Of a stretch of 64,000 nucleotides of DNA, positions 38,101 to 50,100 are shown piece by piece. A model generated the notes under the pieces. It did not search any database and had not been told where the DNA came from. It worked only from the letters and a program-made list of their open reading frames with translations. Positions within the stretch are counted from its first letter, which is position 1. The number at the start of each line of letters is the position of its first letter. Both the position numbers and the translations under genes were made by a program. Source of the stretch: a virus; the IMG/VR virus record IMGVR_UViG_3300020054_000866, positions 45,823-109,822 of that record, one strand, 5' to 3'.

Positions 38101-41100
38101 GATACTCTTCTGATTTGATATTTCTCCAGAAGAATTAATGTTCTGCTCAACCCACTCGGGATCAGCATCCTCGATGTACTTTCTCCATTTACCACTTTCT
38201 ACTTTGGCTTTGAGATCACCTTCAATGAAGTAAAAGACCTTGTTGGTCTGAGGAGTAGTCAACCTTCCTTCATAGTCTGGCAATATTCCAGCGTTGTCGT
38301 ACGTCTCTTCAAGTTGCGAATTAAGCACTCGACTCCACGCGATGTGATGCGGGCTGCCGACACGAAATGGATTGAGACTCTCTAGCGCTTTGACAACTAT
38401 TTCCCGAGTCGGTCTAGGGTGACGAGCATCTACGAGATTTGCGTCAAGCCACTCGTCTGATGCGATTGAGTAATAGTCGCGGGCAAGTTCTTTGCTCGGG
38501 CTTTCTGAGTACGTATCGTGTTTTTCCGAGACTGCCTTTGCGATATTCTCGATAAAGAGCTGTACTTTTTGCTCGGTGAAATCAGACTGGGACTTTCCCT
38601 GCTCTTCTCTCTGACTATCTATTATTCTCAACGCTGAAATTCGGTACGAAGCATCTTCTACTGACCCTGGCTCAAACCCTGCACCTTCAATAATGGCACG
38701 TTCAGAATCTGAGAACTCGCCGGCATCAGAGTCATCACCATCGACCGGGCTATCTACATCGGAAGTTTCTGTATCTTGAGTGTTTTCTTCGAGAGATTTA
38801 ACTTTTTCTTCTAAAGATTCAGATTTCTGCGACTTCACGAGCTTAACGTAGTACGAGCCGTCTCCGCGATCTTCGACTGAGTCTACTTTGAACGAGCCGT
38901 ACGCGATAACCTCTCCCTCATCCCATGTCGATAGTTCGCTTACATCTACTCCAATTGCATCTTCTCCATCGACTTCTAGAATGATGTCTCCGAATTCTTC
39001 TGATGTTTCTACGTCCTTTGAAAAAGATCGAGGCGGGATAGTAACTGTAGATCCTTCTGTTATGAAGTCCTCAGTGCTCTCATTGTTGACAATCCCTCTG
39101 TACATTTTTCCACTGTAGGGAGAAGACTCTGAAAGTCGCGTAAGTAGACGAAAGAAAGCGCCAGCAACTGATGGCTCTTCTCCGCCTATCTGTTCTTCTC
39201 CTTGTACTAGTTTTAATTGTGATCTAAGAAGATCTCCATACGACACTGGAAGTTTGTTTTCTTGAGCAAACTTAACAACGTCTTTCATCGAGCTAGGCTT
39301 GTCAATCTTGCTAAGCGCTCCCCCTAGATAGCGCTCCGTCGTGCCGTACCCGTCTAAAATTCCGCCGTCAAAGAATGTTAGAAACGCGACTAAGGCTCTT
39401 AGAGCTTCTTTCTTCTTTACGTCGTCAGATTCTGCAAACTCTATGCGTTCCGATACTACGTCCTTAAGACCAATATTGTCGTCGTCTTGTAGAGCATTGG
39501 ATAAGACGTCGACTAGATCGTCTAAGTACTCATTCTCTTCTTTTGAATTATTTTCTAGATACTCTTCTAACAGCGAGATAGTTCTGTCTGCAACATCTCT
39601 AGACTGTAAGAATCCGGCCAACTCAAATTCGGATGTAAGCTCATCGTCATCGCTGTACAGAACATCATCTGGCTCGAAATTCTTAATTTTTTCAGATACT
39701 TCAGATTCAGCATCGACTGTTGGAGAATCTACAAGGTCGCTGATGTCGTAGTCTTCGTCTAGGACTATCACCTCGTGGTATTTGCCATTGCGCGTCACAT
39801 GGACTGCTGCAATTCTCTCAACGGGGACTAACTCCTCGACAACGTTGTCACCAAACTGCTCTACAAACTCTCTTGTAGTCGCCCAGTTTGTTGTCGACTT
39901 CTTTTTCTGAGCACCGACAGCGCGAAACAACGGAACGGTGTCACCATACTGCGAACGAAGAGCTTCTCTAGTCGCCTTAAAGGCGTCGTAAAAATCTTGT
40001 GGCGATGTTTCTGGATCATCGCCGTCCATAATTTTGTCTACGTCTGTATCAGCATTGAAAAATACTCCGGAGGCAGCACTCTTTATTGCCGTGTACACTC
40101 CTTTATTTTTGAACAGATCTTTGTATGCGGCCAAGTTAGTTTCTGGAGAAAGAGTGCTCAGCCTTTCAGCAGCATCAGCGACGTCTTCTACTGATGCTTT
40201 TGCGTCTTTTCTTCTATCGAAACGTAGCTCATTTATTCTTTTTGATAACGCGACGTACTCTTCGGCTTCTTCCCTTGTTAGTCCACCTTTGGCCTCAAAG
40301 ACTTTGATTCTTTCTTTAAGCTGCTTTTCCTCAGCGAGAGCGTCGTTGTTTGGCGCCCCCTCAGGGGCGTCAACTTTTGGGGAATCACCAACAACTGCAA
40401 TAGCGTCGGATCGACGTATTGTTGTTTCAAAGCCACTCGGTGGACTAATCGTAATGAACGTATCGTCTGGCGACGTCTGACCAATTTCTTCTCGAAGAAG
40501 ATCTTTGATCGTCTCATCGTCTGCCGTATACTCCGGATTCTCAGAATCTCGTAAAGCTTCTGTGATGTTTTTTGAAGCTTGCGCCACGTCGGTACCAGGA
40601 GACTCAGGACGATCAGACTCCTCGCCTGTCCAGGCGTCATCTCTTCTATTGTCCTCGACGTTTTCACGAAGAGCCTCTGTAGTTCCGGCTGGCGCTTCGC
40701 CCGAGTCCCCGCTGTCGTCTGGCTTTGGAGACGGCGGCTCGACACCCATCGGACCTTCACCGTCATCGTCGCCCATCTTACGAAGTTCTTCGAGCTGCGA
40801 GTCAAGGTTCTTCGGCTTCTTGCCTTCAGGAACCTTACCGCTGTCAATCCACGGCGAGTTGTCGTCGCCGTCCTTGATTACTGTAAGCGCAGTTGTGCCT
40901 TTACTGTCGATGTACTTCTTAGGACCATAGCTCTTCTTCGCTTTTTCACCAAGCTTGTCTGGGTCGCGATGATCAATGTCCTTAAGAATGTAGACATTGA
41001 CGTATCCGCCACTTTCGTTGTACCGAACAACTGTGCCGGCATAGCCCCACTTATCTCGAACTCGCATCCCAGGCTTGATGAACACGCCGTCCTTACTAAA

Positions 41101-44100
41101 CCCAAGACCGCTACCCTCTGGCGGAAGACCCTTGCCAATCTCAGCAGGTCCATACACCGAGCCGTCAAGAATTCTTCTTGCGTCACGCACTGATCCGTGC
41201 GCAAAGTCGTAGTCGAGCTTTGTCTTGCCAGTCGAGGTAGAGAACTCGTCAAGCCCGTCCTCCTCGTTGCGCAAACGAGATACTGCCTCGCTGAGAGAAA
41301 TCTTCCCGTCGGTGTAGTCTGAAATCGCGTCAATCGCTCTTTGAAGAGCGTCCTTGAACTTCTTACCAGTTGAGCCCTTGCTATAGATATCGTCCTTAAC
41401 CATCTCAAGGTCGTCTGTGGCTTCTGACAAGTCGTCGCCGAATGTCTTCTGGGTCTTAGGATCAAACGCGACTTCTTCAATGATTGCGCCAGATGTGTCA
41501 ACCGGAGCCTCGTCTGGAGAAGGAGGCGGCAGCGGCATGTCACCTTCGAGAGCCTCAGGAGACTCCGGAGTCCCGCCTGGCGCGACTTCGTCACGTGTCT
41601 CAGCAACTTCTTCGCTCGCTGAGAGTCTTGAGTCAACGACCTCGCCAACGCGTTCGTTGTACATCTCGACGATTTCTTCTTGAGTCGGGGCAGTCCCGAT
41701 TGACTGACCGTCAACCCACGCTTCCCAGGTGTCTGAGAACATCTGTCGAATGTAGCTATTTTCGCTTCCGACAGCGTCAAGCTCGCCTTCACCGAGATCT
41801 TCAAGATTGTACTTCGCTACTTCAGCGGCGCGACGCTCTGGGTCGATCTCCACGGGTACTGGCGGAGCTTCTGGAGCTTCTGGAGCTTCTGGGACATCAG
41901 CCTCAGGAGCGCTAGGCAGATTGGGCGACTCGTCTGCTTCAGTTGTATATCCGTAGATGTACTCAAGAGAGCCTGGATCAAGTTGTTTCTGCGCGCGTGT
42001 AACAGCAACGTACGCAAGACGCAGCTCTTCATCCGCTGGCATAATTGTTGCGCCAGTTTCGCCGTCGACTCTTGGTCCTCTGAAGTCATCGCCAATACGA
42101 ACACGATCCCACTCGAGACCTTTAGCTCTGTGCGCCGTGCTAACTACGACGTCAGGTCTGTCCGCTGATCCGTCGCCAGCAAGCTTCGAGCGAAGCTCAT
42201 TCAATGTCCGCGCGCGGTTGTCGTCGCCCTTGATTGAGCGCACCCAGCTCTTGTCAGCGGCGTTCCACTTAAATCCGAGAGCCTTGATCGACTCTTTAGT
42301 GTCAAATGTTTTTCCGGAGAGTTTTACTCTGTCTCCAGAAACCTCGAACATAACGCCATTAGCAACTTCGCCAGACGAACCGCTCGCAACTTCTGATGGC
42401 ATAAGCGGCGGCGCGCTCGGAAGCTCGTCAGATGACACGTCAGCGTTAGTAGTGTACGGGATTAGACGACCTAGCATGTCGTACAGTCCGTCGACGCCTT
42501 CGCTGTCTACAAGATCGACAAGAAATTCCAGCTTCTTATTGTCTTCGTCTTCGAGAGACTTGACAACTTCATCCCACGACGAGAACGGCGCAAGATCTTC
42601 GTGCATCTGCGGTCGATCGTCTAGTCTTGCCCCAGACTTCAACCAATCAGCGTGGCGAACAAATCTCTCTAGGTCTTCTTTAAACGACTTAGTTACACCG
42701 ACTTTTCTTCCAGCCTCGAGCTCTCTGTAGATTTCTCGAACTGCGCCGGCGTTTGAGCGAACAAGAACCGCGTCAGCATCGGGCATGCCCCCTCTCGGGA
42801 GGATCTTGCCGTCTGGGCCGCCGCCTTCGATTCTGTAGTCCGAACCAAGAGCTGCTAAGAACCTGTTACCGATTCCGGCTATCTGCGGGCCGAATCTCCA
42901 AGACTTTGTTAATGGCAGATCATTCGGAGCACTGATTTTTTGTAGCTCGTCTTCAGCACCGCGGAAACCGTAGATCGCTTGATTACCGTCTCCAACGTAC
43001 ACAACCTGCGCGGTCTGATCTGCAATGACCTTTCCGATTACAGGGTTGATGTCCTGTGCTTCGTCAAAGAAGATGACATCGGCTTTGTAGTCAAGTCCGG
43101 AGCCGTCGGCAGATAGATCAGGGCGAGACAACGCCCAGATCTTCGTCGCGTGGTTGTTGTTGAACGGAAGAACGCCACTCGGGCTCTTAAGATCGTCCCA
43201 AATTTCTCCGGCCTTAGCAATCCATTCGTCTGGGACGTTGTCAAACTCGAAGTGCTGAGGGCCAATCTCATCATCGGCGCTAATCGTATAGTTTGTGACC
43301 GCCTTATTGATCGCGCGATACACCTGAGTAGCCGTCATGTCCTTGTCTGGCTCGTCTGGGCTTGGCTGCCCAGTTATTCCGAGGTCATTGGCAAGTTTAC
43401 TTGGCTTGTTGTTGAAGCGGTTTTTCTTACGCTTGTCTGTGAGACTCGAGCCAATTGCTCTCCACGCGATTGAGTCGCCAGTACGTGACTCAACGTTGCC
43501 TGGCATTGTCGCATCAGCCTCGAGCTGAATTGACTTGTTGAACGCGACGTACGCTATTCTCTTCTTAGGCTGCTCTTTCTTCAAGCGCCTTGCAATAAGC
43601 TTAAGAGTGCTCGTCTTACCAGTCCCGGCAAGAGCACGAACAACAACATTTTCACCAGTAAGCACGGCGTCAACAACATCGCGCTGTTGAGCCGTCGGTG
43701 GGAACTTCTCGTCAGCGTAGGGATCCTTGACGTTTACGCCATCTTTCTCAGGACGCTCAACAACTCCGTCATCAAGAGCATCTGCCATTGAGACGTTGCT
43801 GTCTGTTGCGCCGCCAGGTACGCCTTCGGGGTCTACAATCGACTCGTCTGGAGTCGCATTGTTGATCATGTCGTCTGGGTCTGGCACGTCGCACGGGCCT
43901 TCTCCATCACCGACTGCCGCTGTGATGCCGGCGCCGCCGCAGTTCCACGCGGCCGCTACGGCCTTAGCGGCTTCGTAGTCAGCGAGCTCGTCCTTGTACA
44001 CCGACATTGCAGCGTCGTACTCTGCGCGGTCTTGGGCGATCTTTTCAGCCTCACGGCCATCGAACGACTCTGTAGAAACGTCAGCATCAGGCGCCGATGC

Positions 44101-47100
44101 GCGGGTTAGCATCGCGTCAGTAATGTCCCAGGCGGCTTCGGCATCAGCGTCAGCGCGGTGCCAGTTGCCGAGCTCTACACCGAGGTACTCAGCGACAGGG
44201 CCGAGGCTGTTCGACGAACGCCTCTTGCCGTCGCGGCCTACCTGCGAAGGACCGTCTGGAGAGCCAGACGACCACGTTGGCAGAGTCCCTCTTGCCATTG
44301 GCAGAGAATCAATAGTTCCACCAATCTCGAGTTCGAGGCCCTGCTCGCCTAGAGTACGCTGTAGTACTTCAGTATCAAACGGAACGTTCTGTCCGCCAAG
44401 AATCGGACGATCTCCAACAAACTCGATGAATCGCTCGTGCGCCTCGCGCATTGATGGCTGAGTCTCTAGCCACTCGTCGGTGACAAGCTCCCCGTCCTCG
44501 CGCTTTAGATTCTCTTTTGACCAATCCGAGAGTCTAAACTCTGGATTCATGTACATGTTGAATCTATCGACGACCTCGCCGTTGACAATTCGAACAGCAC
44601 CGATCTGCACAGGACGGTTGAGTTCGCCGTCTCCAATGCCAGTTGTCTCATAGTCAAAGTAGACGATCTCAGTTCCGCGAATGATCTCCGCGACTTCTTC
44701 CCAGCTCTCTGCGCCCTCAAGAAGATCTCGCATGTCGCCACTGAACGTCTCTTGACTTCTAGGCGAGTACGGTCTCTTTGGTCGATGAAGCGCGGGCTTA
44801 TCGCCCTTTGGAGGTGTCGTACCGCCGCGGCTAACTTCAATCTCAGTGTCTTCGTTCCACTCCTTGCGCTGAGACTCGTGGCCAGGGTAGTATCCTTGAA
44901 TACTTACCTTGCCTTTTGGAGTTTCGGAATCGCGGAAAACTTTTTCGACGACAAATGAATCAGTCGCGGTAATGTCGCCTGGCACTAGGTCCTGCGCCTG
45001 GTAGCCCATCGCGTCAGTGAGCGGCTCTGGATCTGGGAAAAGATCGGGATCGTCTTGGCCTTCTTGAATCCCGAAGCGATCAAGAATCGACTGGCGACGA
45101 GCCTTCAAGCGCTCCTTAAGAAGAGCGGCATCATCTGGATCCGAGACAATTGAATCTACTGTTTCGTCAATCTGCGACGGAGTGATGTCACGAAGTCTCT
45201 TCGCGGCAGCCTGCAATGTTGCATCATCGATATCGCCAAAGACTGACGCCGCCTGCGGATTTAGATCTGGGTCGCGAAGAGTGTCGAGCTCTGTTACGTT
45301 GTTGCCAAACGCCGAGCCTTTCTCAGCGCCACGAGCACGATACATCAACGAGCCGCCTGGGTCGAGACGCACCGGGTCTCCATTGCCGTCTGTGACGATG
45401 TTGTCATAGACCAGCCCAACGCTGTCCCAGTTTGCTAGCCAGGCGTCAGCAACAAATCCTTGACGGACCTTGTCGAGATACTCAGTGTCTCCACCGTCGA
45501 CCCTAAACTCAAAGTCACCGGTGTCGGCGTCTTCAATTAATGTAGAGACGATTCTTGTGTCGCCATCTTCACGACCGAGGCGAACACGTGCTGCCGGCAC
45601 TCCGAGCATCTCGTAGAATGCGGATGCAAGAACTTCGTTCTCCGCGTGAGACTGCGATCTCGGCGACTTGACGTAGTATCTTCTGCCATCGGGAGTCTCA
45701 TAGAACCCACCCGGGTTCGATCCCGCCTGGCCGCCAGTGCGAGACCATGTTTCAATGTCGTCGGCGTCTGGATCGTACGCTGTAGCAGCAGACGGCGCTT
45801 CAGGCGCCGCCGCATCGGCTCTACGAACTTGAACAATAGTCTCAACACCAAACTCATTACTCTGCTCGCGGACAGACACTACCTGTAGCTCTCCGAAGCC
45901 GATCCATTCCTGCTCGTCTGGGACAAACGACATGTCTGACACGTTAAGGCTGTCAATCTCGCCTGGTGGCACCTCAAGAACAATTCTACGCTCATTCACG
46001 CCGGTGGGGAAGAACAGACGACTCATTAGAGAGCCATCGGCAATCTCCTGCGCAGTGAATGGGCGAGCATCCATAGAAAACGTCGAACCCTCAGTCAGAA
46101 GAGTCTCGATCTCCGGATTATCTTTGTGAATGTTAAGGACTCTATAGAGTGGCCGATTATTCGGTGACGCGGCGGAAGAAACAATTCTGTAGAACGCGGC
46201 AGCGGTAGTGTCCGCCGACAGATCGTCAGAGCCAGACGAAATTGCTTTCTTACCATTGATGTAGTCGGCGTACTGGCCGTACTCTTCGATCATCTCGTAG
46301 TACGCGTCTTCTGCTATTGATGCAATGTCACCGTCTACTCCGTCTCTCTCAAGAATATTGCTGATAGCACCGAGCATTCGCATTCTTGAGTCTTCGGGGG
46401 AGATTACGTCTGGTTCAGCGAGATCTCCGCCGTCTCCACCGTCAATAGACATGACGATACCCCAGAACGCTCTGAACGCTTCGCGATCTGCTGGGTCGTC
46501 GGACTTCGATAGTGGGTAGAATCTTTCAAACGCTTCATCAAACGACAAAACCGGATCGTCGCTGCGGCCGAAGATAATTTGATCCGCGATTTCTTTGATC
46601 TTTGGATTTGTTTCTTCGTGAGAGCGCATAAGCTCAACAGCGCGTTGCGCTCGCTCGTTGTCTAAGCTCTGCCCAGTTCGCTGAGCTTTCTGCGCCGTGA
46701 CTCTGTCGGCCTCGCCTTGCGTCTGAGGTATTTCGGAGCGTGCCGGGCTGTACTCAGGCGAATCAAACATGTCGCCTTTAAACTCTTGTAGTCTTTCGAC
46801 GTTGCTGACACGGTTAGGGTCATCAAACGCCGAGTCGTAGATGCCCGCAAGAATTATGTCGGCATCGACACCTGACATTTGAAGCGCTTCATAGAGCGCC
46901 TCAGCAGGCACAGTTTCATCTCCGTCTGAGAACTCAAGATTGCCGAGACCTTCAGCACGGTCCCCACTCTCGCTAGGCATGACAGCTTCGCGCAGAGCCT
47001 TGGCAAGCTCTTCCTGCGAAAATCTTGTCGAAAGCTCAGAAGGATCGTCTGTGTAGTCTTCGCTTGTCTCATCGGTGCGACCACGGGGCTCGTACATCGA

Positions 47101-50100
47101 GTAGATGTCAACCTTGTGCGCGCCATCTGGGACCTCGAACATCGAGTCAAACTCGCTCTCGAATTCTGGAGAAATCCCAGACGGAGTCTTAGACTCGCTT
47201 GGCATCGGCGAGATTTTGTCAATAGAGAACGTTCTCTCTTCCATCTCGCCATCGACGTCTAAGAACCCGACGACGTTAGTTAGCCCGTTCTTCGGGTTAC
47301 TGTAAATGCGACTTGGAGTAAACGTTCTCTCCTTGCCGCTGTACATGAACCGAACTGTTCCGCCGGCCTCCATCGCGTCTTCTATTGCAGATCTAATGCC
47401 GAAGAAGCTCGTATCTGTAATATCAGCGGGCCCGCCAGTGTATAGCTCTGGGTCTATGTCTGGAGTAACCCCGTCAAAGATGTCTGGGTCGCCGTCACCT
47501 TCGGTTAGTTTCTGGAAAAGCTCGGCGTTCTCCTCGTCATCGTTGCTGAAACGTGCGTTAAGTGCACCGTCAGTCTCAGCGTCGCCAAGGAAGCTGCGAG
47601 CCTCCTCTGGAGTCAGCCTAGGCTTATCAAACGTAACAACAACCTTGCGTTCATCGCCCATTCCAAGAGGAGACCCGTCAAGACTGTCGTACAGACTGTC
47701 ATTCTCTTCGATGTACCCGCCGGCGTCATTAACACGCTTAACGAGATCTTCGGTGAAGTCCTCTTCAACCATTGGGAACGCAATTTGAACGCCATCGCCC
47801 TTAGGCTTAGTGTTCATTGGGCTAAGCGGATCGCTGCCGTCACCTTCGGTCGGAGGCGTGATGTCGTCATCGGTTGGCTTGAAGAAGTCAAGAACCTCTT
47901 GGCCGAAGTTATCTCTGATCTCAGCGTCAAAGTCAGTAACTGACGGATCGCTTGAGTCTGCTCTGAACGCGACCTCGACGTCTTCTTCAGCGTCCTCTGG
48001 CGCGCGAACAATGGCAGTGACAATGTAGTTGCCAGGGCTTGGCTCCTCAAGAAATACCTCAGCGAGCTCGCCTTCGTACTCTGCGCTTATTGAGCCCTCT
48101 CGGTACTCACTCGAGGATACGGGAACCTGGCCTTCTGGGGTCTTGCCTTCTACAATGTCCTCAAGTTCGCCGTAGAAATCTTCTGTATCGTCGTCACCGT
48201 AGTAGAACGAGATTTTGTCGAAGTCGGCAACGTCTTCCCAGGACACTCTTTGAGTATCTGGAGAAGAAAGTCTTACTCCGTTCTCGTCGTGAGTGTACGT
48301 TACGTCAAAGCCGTCTTCGTCAGACTCAGTTACTACGCCGTAACCGTTCGGGCCCTGGACAATTGTCGCAATTCCTCTCTCGAGTTCGTCTTTTTCGGAA
48401 GGTTGGCGATCTACTTTCTTGAGAGTGGTGCCAGGTCTGCCTGTTTCGTCGCCTTTTGACTTGTCGTAGTCGATGACGCGGTCCATGACGTCTGTGATTT
48501 GAGAGTCCCTGCTTGGAGTTTCAGCAGCAGGTTTGCCGGAGTCAAGCTCGGGGAAGAACATGCCAGCCTGACCAGGCCTGTAGACCGTGTAGCCCTCATC
48601 GCCAGCAGCGTAGTCCCCATAGTACTTGGGCTTTCTTGGCCCACTCTTAGCAACTTCGTAGCCGCGGGACTGTAACTCCGCGATAATGGAACTAGCAGAG
48701 TACTCAGACTTATCCGCAAACAGTGAATAGCCTCTGTCAAACGGTCTCTCCGCTCTCTTGCCATGTTTTGCGAGCTCCGCCATGAGCTCTTCGTCTGTCA
48801 TCTGCTCGAGCTCTTTAGCCTTCTTGTCGTCGCGCTTTGGCCGAGGCTTCACTGGCTTCACTGGGGGGAAGAGATCACGTCTCTCCTCCTCAAGGAACTT
48901 TTCTATAGCTTTTCGAGCATCTCTCTCTGCGCGCTCTGCTTCTTTCTTTTCGCGCTCTTCTTCTTTTCTTCTCTCTTCGACAATTCTTGAGGTGTCCATC
49001 GGGCTAATCGGGTAGCCATCTGGAAACACGTCTTTTGGAAATACACCTGGCTCATCAGCACGACTGTTTATCCACTTACGCCATTCCTCGTAAGTCATGT
49101 CTCGTGGGCCTGCGCCAATTTGATTCTTCCACGCCTCGTACGCCTCGCGGGAGTCGTCAAACATTTTTTCTCCGCTAGGGAAACGCGCCTCAGCAGCGTC
49201 TACCTCGCGGGCACCCTCTACAATCCTCTCGAGTTCACCATAGAAATCTTCTTGCTCCTCGGGTCTGAATGAAACTTCTTGGAAGTCCTCAGTGACGTCT
49301 CCCCAGGCAACTGTCCGAGTTTCTGGAGAATCAAGTTTGTTCCCGTCCCTGTCGTGCGTGTACAGGATGTCGATGCCGTCGTCATCTATATCGGTGATTA
49401 GGCCAGAGCCGTTTGGCTCACTGACAATTGTCGCAATATCATTCTCGATTTCCTCTCGTTCGAGGACATCCTCTCTTATGTAGTCAGATTTGAGAGCTCG
49501 ATCTATAACGTCTGCAATTTGAGAGTCTCGGGTCGGGAATTCAGTGGCACCCTCTGCGTCAGCAGCCTCCTGTAGAACCTTCTCATATGCCGGCGAGTCA
49601 TCTTTCGCGGCGCGCTGCACGTCAGCCCACGACTTGCCGTCAGCGACCTTTTCGCCAATGGAGTTGTCTGTGAGATCAGCACGATGGAGACTGTAGTCTC
49701 CGGTCTCAAGATTCTTTCGAACGAAGTAGCCGTCATCAGATACGAACTGCTCAAAGCCGGCGTCACCGCTATCTGCTCTCGACCACCCCGTGGGAGCGTC
49801 GAGACGACTGATTTCTCCTTCTCGAACGAGCGACTCGCGGCCGCCGGTAACTCTGTCGAGCTCTACCTCCGGGATCTCCTTAAGCGCTTCTCTCGAGATA
49901 ATCGCCTTCGAAGACACGCCCTTTGACGAAGGGAGCGCGTAGATGCCGCCTGGAAGACTTGGGCTGTCAGTGATCTCGATCTCGATGTCATCGTCGCCAG
50001 ACGCTCCAACAACACGTCCGGAGACTGAGAAAATGCTGCCATCAAGATCTAAGTTGAAGCTAAAGCCGCCGCCCATGAAGGCGAATCGACCGTAACGATC

